DNA of 24,802 bases from IMG/VR virus record IMGVR_UViG_3300037195_000767; one strand, given 5' to 3'. The stretch is from an uncultured virus (IMG/VR IMGVR_UViG_3300037195_000767) (Duplodnaviria; Heunggongvirae; Uroviricota; Caudoviricetes). The notes under the pieces were generated by a model that was given only the letters and a program-made list of their open reading frames with translations, was not told where the DNA came from and searched no databases. The position numbers and the translations under genes were made by a program. Below are positions 17,054 to 24,802 of the stretch, piece by piece; the stretch's first letter is position 1, and each line of letters begins with the position of its first letter.

Positions 17054-20000
17054 TGAATTTATTACAACAATATAATAATCAGAAAAATTCTTCTAGATCT
17101 TATGCTAATGGTACTATAGTTTCTAATGATTTAGAAAATTTAATTTCAAAATATAAAGAAGGAACTCTTTCAGATAACGAGAAAAAGTTACTAATGTCAC
17201 AATTACAAGAAATTAGTCAGACTCCTCTAAATACATTTGAAAGTTTTCAAAAAGATTTTTATAAAACTTCTATTAGTCAAGGAACAGATTTTTATTTAAA
17301 TACTGGTCTTGAGACTAATAAAGAATTATCTGAGTATAGTGGTAGGAATCCATTAGGTCAACGTTATGAAAGTTACAACCAGTTTTTTCCAAGAGATATT
17401 ATAACTGAAGAGGATATAACTAAATTAAAGAAAGGTCCTAACTATCAAGGTTTTGTTATGGAGACTGATACCAAGGATAGAGAAGTTCAAGTATTTCATG
17501 ATGAGACCGATTTAATTGGTCCTAGGAATGTTAGAAGAAATAGATATGTAACTACTGAAGGAGAACAATTATTTTATTATAACAAATCTGGTGATTTAGT
17601 TTCAGTTCCTGATTTCGGAGGAGATCAAAATAAAAAAGGTGAATTTTTAAAGAAATTAGCTTATAATGGTATAAGAGTATTTGATAAAACTCATGTTAAT
17701 ATAGCTGGATGCGGTGATAATATGACCTGTATAACAGCTGGTACTAATATGACACAAAATAGTATAGAAGCTTGGAATACAGCTATTGGAGATGAAAATA
17801 GTCCTTATTATATTGAAGATAAAAAACAACGTAAAGCAGCTTTTATAAATGCTAATACAGAATCTATGTCTGCTATGTCTCATTTAAAATTTTGGGGAGA
17901 TCTTTATAGTTCAGGTGATCAAAGTCGTAATGCGAAATTAGCTCGTCAGAATCAGTTATTCTATGAACAAGCTGGATTTTTACAAAGATCAATAAATAGA
18001 GATGATTTCTTTACAGAAACTGAAGGAGGTGATATGATATTAAATCCTGAAGCGATAGTTAATTTCTTTGATCAAGAAATGCAAATAGGAAATATTATGG
18101 GTATACACTCAGGTCAAGGATCTGGTCCTGGTCATGCTATATCTTATCAGGGTGGTTTATTTTATAAAGGGGATAGAGGTAATACTCCTTTTGATGTTAC
18201 TACATTACAAGGACGTGAACATATGATGGGGTATTTACAAAAACAAATAAACGATGGTGTGGATCCTAAGGATATTATGAAGAATCTTCAATTTTTAGCT
18301 TCTAATGATTATACAGAAGCTGGAAAATTGGGTTCTCCTTATCAATATAGAACCCAAGAATTCGGAGATATGTTTGCGAGTGATGATTATAAATCAACTT
18401 ATGGTAATATGTGGTATACAAATTTTCAAGGAAATACAGATTATCAAAATTATTTAAAACAACTTAATAAACAAGATGAACTATATCAAACAATTTTAAC
18501 AGATCTTTCTGGTGGAGAATCAGAGTTTAGTAGACAATCTATAGATTATCAAAATATAATCCAGAAAACAAACAGAGGTTTTAGAGGTAGGAGAAGAATG
18601 CAAGAAGAAGATGTAAATATAGAAGAAGATGTAGAAGAAGAAGGACTGATAGATCGTGGATATAACTTTCTACGTAACCTTGTACCTGGTTTTATAGGGG
18701 AACCAGAACAAGAACAAGGAGGAATAGTACCACCATCTTTTAAGAGGGGTGGTACTGTAGGTTCTGGTTGTCCTGAATGTGATGCTAAAAGATTAGCTCA
18801 ACGTATGTCTCCACCTTCATTTCATCATGGAGGTGAACATGATAATAGTTTAATAGATTTAGAAAATAACGCATATTATAATAATTGGAATCAAAATATA
18901 CAAAACTACGCAACATCTATATCAGATTTAGAAAGCAAAATACAATGGAATAAAGATGTACGTGCATCATTACCTAGATTCAATAAAAAAAGAAAAAACT
19001 TAAAAAAAGAAAATAAAGTTTTACAAGCTAAATTAGATGATCAAATAATACTTAGTGAAAATGAGATTAAATACAGGGATAAATGGGTAAATGATCAAAC
19101 TGCTTTGTATCCAGTACAACTAATAGTCTATCCTCCTGGATATTCTCAAATGGAATCAGGTCATATAGAATCAAGAATGTTAGGTAATTATAATGGAAAT
19201 AATATAAATATAGATGCTTTGGGTTGGCTTGGGAACATAACTGTAGGCCAATTTGATGGAGATTTATCAGAAGAAGAAATAATGGCGCTTTATAAAAAAA
19301 GTCTTGATTTAGATAATCCTGTAACAAAAGCTACGGATATAGATGGAAATGTATTTTATCAGTCTAGTACTTCTGTTAATTCATGGTATGATGGTAATAG
19401 AGAGATTACTTATGATCCTAACGATCAAATTCATTATGGTGATCCTAATATAAGAACAGCTGTACTTAATTTAAATCATAATCAAATACAAAGGTATATG
19501 AATAGCGCTATGGATACTAATCCAACAAGTGGGGGATTAAATCAAGAAGCAAGAGAAGGTGTAGGTCTTGGGGGTATAATTGCAGAACTTTCAGGAGAGG
19601 TATCGTATGATGAAGATGGTACAAGAATTTATACTGGAAATATTCCTATAGGTGATGCAGGATATAGTTTTATAGGTAATAATTGTGGAGATGCTACTTG
19701 TAGAGCTTTTGGAATAAATCCTAATGAAACTGATAGGATATTAGGAACAACTACAGATCCTCAAGAAGTTTTTGATTATATAATTAATGCCGATCAGTTT
19801 AATTTAATACCTGGTAGTTTGACAGGTACTAAAATACAGGGTGTTGATGAAGCTGGAAATTATATAGATAATAGAGAAGCGTATGTAGCAGGTGGTTCTG
19901 AATTATTTAGTATACCTAATTATGTTCTTCAAGATTTATTAATATTAGAACAAAAAGGATTTACTTTAGATAAATTAAGTGAAGGTACTTTGGGTGATAT

Positions 20001-23000
20001 TTTAAAACATACTCCTAATATAGGAAAAGAATTAACAGAGAATATATTAAATTTTAATGATCGTTGGTATACTGCAGAATGGCAAGAAGACATGGCATTA
20101 GATGCTATAAAAGCTATAAAAGTTAGTAATGTGGTAGATTTGTTACTTGATCCTAGTAATACTGATAGAATTTCTGGTATAGCAAATGCTATTAAGACGG
20201 GTGATTATAGTAAAATTGATGCAGGAGATATGATAGAATTTTATATAAACAGCACTAAAACGGGAGAAATATATGATGATTTGGGAATAATAGGAGATTA
20301 TCTAATGTGGGAAAAGAAAGTTCTTGCTGATTTTGCTCAGAATACATTTGATGTTGGTAAGGGTGTTTATGATCAAGCAAAACGGGATATTAATAATATT
20401 AAACTGGCAAATGAAGTATTTAAAAATTATTCACCTGTTTATAAAGATATAGTTGAAGCTCCCAGAAATCTTTATAATTATATGTTTGGTCTGAATCAAG
20501 GAACTATTGAACCATATAATCCTGACGTTGATGTGGATTATACTAATACTAATTACCGAAATTTAGATATGAGTAATTTTACTCCAAACTTATGTATTAG
20601 CGGTAAGTGTGATCCTCCACCTATTAATAAAGACTATGAATGGTTATCTAAAGAATTATTTGAAGAAGAGGAAAAAGGACCAATTCAGTATCAAGATAAT
20701 AGTAATATACCTATGGGTCTGCAGCTTAGTACTGAAGAACGAGAAGCTATTATGAAAGCTCTAACTGAAGGTATGAAAACAGGAGGATTCGTTAATAGAT
20801 CTTATCAAGATGGAGATGAAGTTATAATGGATCCAAAAGTTATGAATCAAATGGATTATAGAAATATGATTCAATCAACATATTCAGATTTATTTAAAGA
20901 AGATGAGTTTGGAACGTTAACTTATTATACTCCAGGTAAAGATTATATTGAAAAAGGGGTTTTGAAAAATACTGTAGAAACATATGATAATTGTATACAT
21001 GGAGTTTGTTATACTTTAAATCAGATATTAGGAGATTATTCTTTTTTAGGAGATAAAGATGGATTTGGAGAATATGTAGGTAATGAATCTTTTGCTGAAA
21101 ATGCAGCTCGTGAAGGATTTATACATCGAGCAGATTATAAAACACATGGTTTAAATGTAGGAGATATTCTTCAAAGTACTCGTCCTAGAGAAACTTCTGT
21201 AGACGCTATGGGAGAACAATTATATTTACCTAGAGAAGAAGGTGCACTTATAAATAATCTTGTTTTGAATGTTACCGATAAACTTGGTCTTACAAATAAA
21301 GAAAAAACAACTGAATTCATAGGAAATAAATATCCTAGTCATGCACATGTAGTATTAAATAAAAGAGTTAATTCTGAAGGAATTACTGAATATTTAGTTG
21401 CTCAGAATGCGGGAAGAGACATAATGAAAGCTAGATGGGAAAGTGAACAAATATTATTAAAGGAATTAGATAATGGTGATAAGTTTTTAAATTCTTATCA
21501 AGGCTTAGATGGTATGAATAAGATTAAACAAGATGGTCTAAATAAAGTACACCAAATTAAAGGTAATAATGAATATGCTAATTTATATAATGAAAGTGTA
21601 ATTCCTAAATATACTGTTGACGATAATACTCTATTTTTTAGTAATGATAATACATTAGATATTTTTACTGATAATTATTTAGAGATAGGTAAAATGAGTA
21701 ATTTACCACCACATATATTAAATCAGTTAGCTATTAATCAATTAGGTATTAAAGAAGAAGAAACAGGAAGTGGGTCTAGTAGAAAAGCAGCTAAATCAGT
21801 AATGAATATGTTAGATAATATGCATCCTGGAAATTTACAAAAAAAGATGAGAGAAAGACAATATGAAGATGGTCTTTTTTTTAGTGGTGATGATATTTCT
21901 TGGAAAGAAGTTTTACATAAGGAAGGTATTATAAATGATAAAGCGATCGCTCAAGAAATTTTAGATTATATTGGTACATTTAAAAGTAATTATTTACCAT
22001 TAACTTTTGATGATATTTATGGTAAATCATATAAAGATATATTTCCTACTTTTAAGAGAGAAGAAGGTAGAGTAAATCTGAGATTATATGATTTTATTAG
22101 TTATTTAGATAGAGAAAATAAATTAAATAGTTTTGAACAAAAACATGCATTTGTAAATCAAGAACAAAGTAAAGGAACATACCAGCAGAAAAACTTAAGT
22201 GAAAGAGGCAAACATATGAGAGATTTATTGTTTCCAGGTAGTGATGGATTTGTTGGAAAAGATCAACAATTTATATCATCTTTATCTTTATCTATTGATA
22301 ATTATCATAAAATAGCTAAAATGTATCCAGATTTAAATGAATCAGAATTAATAAATTTAACTACATTAATGCATAATGCTCCAGGTAAAGCAATGTCTAG
22401 AGATTATGTTATGCATTTTCTTAAGAATAATTCTGTAGATTATGTTAATAATGTTAATAATGCAGTTTCAAATTATAATATTGATACAGAATTTCCTGAT
22501 GATATGGAAACAATATATTTAGATGAAGTAGAAATAACGGAAAAAAGATCAGAGCCTGGAGTAAGATCAGGATTTACTTTAAATCCGTTTTCTAAAGAGA
22601 AAAAGTTTTTAGGTTTATTTGAAGAAGGTGGAGAAGTAGTACCATCATATCATGAAGGAGATGAAGTACATGATCATCCTCATCCATACGAAGATAAAGG
22701 GTTTAGTGATATATTAGTAGATTTTGGAAAAAGTCAGATGGATAAACTAGGAAAGGGACTTGAAGAATATCATAAGTTAAAAGAAGAAGGAGTAGATGCA
22801 GGAGAGTATTTTAAAGGAATAGATTTTAATCCATTTGTAAAAGGAACAACGATGTCTTTTGAAGGATATAGAGCTTATCCAATAAATTTAAAAGGGGAAG
22901 TTGAAATTAGAGATGCAAATGGAAATGTAGATAAAACTAGAACTTATTTAGCAAATAATTATTTAGGTAGTGGATGGACTAAAAAAGCAGAAAGTACACT

Positions 23001-23166
23001 AAGTTCTATTGGTGACTGGTATGACAGATTGGGTGATATTGACTGGTCAGGAATGGGGTCTAGTAGATTTGAACCAAATGAAGTTGAAAAGAATTTAGGT
23101 ATTACTAAGCATGATAAAGTAATGTGGCATAGTCAAAGTTCACAATCTATGGGATCTATGAAATAG
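17053..23166 (+). CDS. 2037-aa multi-module protein with papain/NlpC-P60-like and lytic transglycosylase-like domains
   Basis: Intact ORF coupled to the upstream gene (TAATG). Modules are separated by GG..PS[YF]xxG tags. Cys/His and E-T / SxGxxQ / HN / YVxxV motifs are detailed in the findings. Confidence 0.7.
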   Translation: MNLLQQYNNQKNSSRSYANGTIVSNDLENLISKYKEGTLSDNEKKLLMSQLQEISQTPLNTFESFQKDFYKTSISQGTDFYLNTGLETNKELSEYSGRNPLGQRYESYNQFFPRDIITEEDITKLKKGPNYQGFVMETDTKDREVQVFHDETDLIGPRNVRRNRYVTTEGEQLFYYNKSGDLVSVPDFGGDQNKKGEFLKKLAYNGIRVFDKTHVNIAGCGDNMTCITAGTNMTQNSIEAWNTAIGDENSPYYIEDKKQRKAAFINANTESMSAMSHLKFWGDLYSSGDQSRNAKLARQNQLFYEQAGFLQRSINRDDFFTETEGGDMILNPEAIVNFFDQEMQIGNIMGIHSGQGSGPGHAISYQGGLFYKGDRGNTPFDVTTLQGREHMMGYLQKQINDGVDPKDIMKNLQFLASNDYTEAGKLGSPYQYRTQEFGDMFASDDYKSTYGNMWYTNFQGNTDYQNYLKQLNKQDELYQTILTDLSGGESEFSRQSIDYQNIIQKTNRGFRGRRRMQEEDVNIEEDVEEEGLIDRGYNFLRNLVPGFIGEPEQEQGGIVPPSFKRGGTVGSGCPECDAKRLAQRMSPPSFHHGGEHDNSLIDLENNAYYNNWNQNIQNYATSISDLESKIQWNKDVRASLPRFNKKRKNLKKENKVLQAKLDDQIILSENEIKYRDKWVNDQTALYPVQLIVYPPGYSQMESGHIESRMLGNYNGNNINIDALGWLGNITVGQFDGDLSEEEIMALYKKSLDLDNPVTKATDIDGNVFYQSSTSVNSWYDGNREITYDPNDQIHYGDPNIRTAVLNLNHNQIQRYMNSAMDTNPTSGGLNQEAREGVGLGGIIAELSGEVSYDEDGTRIYTGNIPIGDAGYSFIGNNCGDATCRAFGINPNETDRILGTTTDPQEVFDYIINADQFNLIPGSLTGTKIQGVDEAGNYIDNREAYVAGGSELFSIPNYVLQDLLILEQKGFTLDKLSEGTLGDILKHTPNIGKELTENILNFNDRWYTAEWQEDMALDAIKAIKVSNVVDLLLDPSNTDRISGIANAIKTGDYSKIDAGDMIEFYINSTKTGEIYDDLGIIGDYLMWEKKVLADFAQNTFDVGKGVYDQAKRDINNIKLANEVFKNYSPVYKDIVEAPRNLYNYMFGLNQGTIEPYNPDVDVDYTNTNYRNLDMSNFTPNLCISGKCDPPPINKDYEWLSKELFEEEEKGPIQYQDNSNIPMGLQLSTEEREAIMKALTEGMKTGGFVNRSYQDGDEVIMDPKVMNQMDYRNMIQSTYSDLFKEDEFGTLTYYTPGKDYIEKGVLKNTVETYDNCIHGVCYTLNQILGDYSFLGDKDGFGEYVGNESFAENAAREGFIHRADYKTHGLNVGDILQSTRPRETSVDAMGEQLYLPREEGALINNLVLNVTDKLGLTNKEKTTEFIGNKYPSHAHVVLNKRVNSEGITEYLVAQNAGRDIMKARWESEQILLKELDNGDKFLNSYQGLDGMNKIKQDGLNKVHQIKGNNEYANLYNESVIPKYTVDDNTLFFSNDNTLDIFTDNYLEIGKMSNLPPHILNQLAINQLGIKEEETGSGSSRKAAKSVMNMLDNMHPGNLQKKMRERQYEDGLFFSGDDISWKEVLHKEGIINDKAIAQEILDYIGTFKSNYLPLTFDDIYGKSYKDIFPTFKREEGRVNLRLYDFISYLDRENKLNSFEQKHAFVNQEQSKGTYQQKNLSERGKHMRDLLFPGSDGFVGKDQQFISSLSLSIDNYHKIAKMYPDLNESELINLTTLMHNAPGKAMSRDYVMHFLKNNSVDYVNNVNNAVSNYNIDTEFPDDMETIYLDEVEITEKRSEPGVRSGFTLNPFSKEKKFLGLFEEGGEVVPSYHEGDEVHDHPHPYEDKGFSDILVDFGKSQMDKLGKGLEEYHKLKEEGVDAGEYFKGIDFNPFVKGTTMSFEGYRAYPINLKGEVEIRDANGNVDKTRTYLANNYLGSGWTKKAESTLSSIGDWYDRLGDIDWSGMGSSRFEPNEVEKNLGITKHDKVMWHSQSSQSMGSMK

Positions 23167-23193
23167 ATAATAAAAAAAATAAAAGTAAAATAA

Positions 23194-23297
23194 GTTGTGA
23201 AATATATAAAAAAGTATTATTTTTGCTATAATATAAACAAAACTTTGAAAATATAACAAAGTTTGTTATGATATTAACTAAAAATAAATTATATTTG
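23194..23297 (+). promoter_or_regulatory. tandem Bacteroidota promoters plus a palindrome upstream of the head operon
   Basis: GTTG 23194-97, 20-nt spacer, TATTTTTG 23218-25; second element TATATTTG 23290-97; ATAACAAA-G-TTTGTTAT palindrome at 23253-23269. Confidence 0.55.
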
Positions 23298-23311
23298 TAA
23301 TACTATTAATT

Positions 23312-24535
23312 ATGAGTGAAACTAAAAAAGAAGTAAAAGACGTATCAAATTCTACAAGTGTAAATACTATGTGGGATATTGATGACGCAACGAATTTTGA
23401 AAATGCTTTTGATATGGCAGAATCAACTAGTGCTGATCCTATTATCGATTTTGGAACAGAGACTAAAGAAGAAACTATATCAAAAGAAAAAGAACAAACA
23501 GATACTAAATTAGGTAATTTGGAAGAAAAAAATGATCCTGTTCCTGTTAAGGAACCAGAATTAGATCTTCCAGAAGTAAAAGAAGAAATGTCTGAAGAAA
23601 TCTCTGACTTTGATCCAGATCAAGTTGAAGGAGAATCTACATCAGATGATAATATTAATAATGATCCTGTAGCTATTTTTGCTAGTATGCTACAAGAGAA
23701 AGAGATAATAGATATTGATGAAGATTTTGAACCTTCTGAAAAAGGATTAATAAATGCTGTCGAATCTACAATTGATAGTAGAGTTAAAGAAGAACTTGAT
23801 TTATTTCAAAACACATTAACTGGAGAAGGTAGGGCGCTTTTAAAGCATCTTATTAATGGTGGTGATGTGGGTAATTTTGTTAGTACATATTCACAAGTAG
23901 GATTCGATAAAGTTGATTTAAAGAATGCTAATAATCAAAAATATGTATTAGGAGAGTTTATGAAATTAAGAGGAGATTCTGATCAAGAGATTAAAGAAAA
24001 TATTGAGTTATATGAGGATAATGGTATATTAGCTAAGAAAGCTGGATTAGCGAAGAATAAACTTGTTGATTATCAAGATAAACAAAAACAAGAATTTGCT
24101 GATAGACAAGTTTACGCTGCTCAAGAAAAAGAGCGTGTAAGGGCTGAAGTAGTGTCTAATATACAAGATACAATAGCAAATTCTGAAGAGATAAAAGGTG
24201 TTCCTTTATCTAGAAAAGCTAAAAAAGACTTGTTATCCTATATGACTGTTCCTTCTGTTAAGATTAATGATCCTAGCGGTGGTACACAATATGTAACTCA
24301 ATTTCAAGCTGACGAGATGAAATCATCTAATGATATAGATGAGTTTATTTTAAAAGCTTATCTGCGAATGACTGACTATGATATGTCTAGTGCAAATAAA
24401 AAATCAGTTACCGCATTTAGCTCTAAACTTAGAAATAGTCTCCAGAATAAGAAAACTATGACGGATATTAAAGCTATGTTTGGAGGAAACAAAAAGACTA
24501 CTAGTTCAAAATCTAGTAGTTCTTGGGATTTGTAA
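23312..24535 (+). CDS. acidic scaffold-like head protein (gene preceding MCP in crAss-like phages)
   Basis: Very acidic, disordered N-terminus followed by a helical/coiled-coil C-terminal part; directly upstream of the capsid gene. Confidence 0.7.
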   Translation: MSETKKEVKDVSNSTSVNTMWDIDDATNFENAFDMAESTSADPIIDFGTETKEETISKEKEQTDTKLGNLEEKNDPVPVKEPELDLPEVKEEMSEEISDFDPDQVEGESTSDDNINNDPVAIFASMLQEKEIIDIDEDFEPSEKGLINAVESTIDSRVKEELDLFQNTLTGEGRALLKHLINGGDVGNFVSTYSQVGFDKVDLKNANNQKYVLGEFMKLRGDSDQEIKENIELYEDNGILAKKAGLAKNKLVDYQDKQKQEFADRQVYAAQEKERVRAEVVSNIQDTIANSEEIKGVPLSRKAKKDLLSYMTVPSVKINDPSGGTQYVTQFQADEMKSSNDIDEFILKAYLRMTDYDMSSANKKSVTAFSSKLRNSLQNKKTMTDIKAMFGGNKKTTSSKSSSSWDL

Positions 24536-24568
24536 ATAATTATTAATTAATATTTAAATTTAAAAAAG

Positions 24569-24802
24569 ATGGCAAGAGCACAATCAAAATTAGTAACGAT
24601 GACTCGTCCTTGGCATGCTAACTTTACTGAAATGAATCACCTGGGGTCTGCTTTTATGGCTGAACCTCATAAATTTGATAAGGTCCTGACTAGAGTATTT
24701 ACTGCTTCTAGATTAGCAGATAATCCTTTGACAGCGATGACTAAAGGTATGGGCAAGCTAAGCGAGATTGAATCGTTTGAATGGGAATGGGAATTGATGG
24801 GA
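24569..24802 (+). CDS. major capsid protein, N-terminal part (truncated by window)
   Basis: Hand-translated MARAQSKLVTMTRPWHANFTEMNHLGSAFMAEPHKFDKVLTRVF...NPLTAM...EIESFEWEWELMG. The T..NHL and W.W patterns and the position after portal/scaffold fit a crAss-like MCP. Confidence 0.75.
   Translation, partial: MARAQSKLVTMTRPWHANFTEMNHLGSAFMAEPHKFDKVLTRVFTASRLADNPLTAMTKGMGKLSEIESFEWEWELMG

Noticed and set aside
8185..19327. Short nested ORFs (8185-8382, 10107-10295, 10307-10537, 10374-10586, 13623-13826, 16528-16776, 17656-17883, 19067-19327)
   Set aside because: All are antisense or out-of-frame within long, well-supported genes
4658..24802. Stop-codon reassignment (TAG/TGA), known in some crAss-like phages
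   Set aside because: Genes are full-length and tightly packed under the standard code; TAG and TGA occur at plausible gene ends

Overview
AT-rich (~28-30% GC by eye) fragment of a crAss-like (Crassvirales-type) Bacteroidota phage genome. The left ~4.2 kb holds small minus-strand genes, including a DUF1287/NlpC-P60-like lipoprotein. These are interleaved with a dense set of long RNA stem-loops. An AT-only divergence point (~4320-4385) follows, then a structured non-coding stretch (4400-4600). The plus-strand late block carries an HTH protein, an HU/IHF-like protein, a Zn-finger protein, GroES, a conserved crAss pre-terminase gene, a putative lysin, a 600-aa orphan, a 3TM holin, the terminase large subunit, the portal, a scaffold-like gene and the start of the major capsid protein. 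The most striking feature lies between portal and scaffold/MCP: two translationally coupled genes (457 aa and 2037 aa). Both are cut into modules by a recurring peptide tag, xxGG-x-V-(P)-S-[YF]-xx-G-[DGT], seen in 7 full or partial copies. The modules look like two outer-membrane beta-barrel-like units, three papain/NlpC-P60-type Cys-His domains (one circularly permuted) and a lytic-transglycosylase-like domain. This suggests a tagged polyprotein cargo packed into the head and used to breach the envelope. All product calls rest on motif recognition only; no database search was run.
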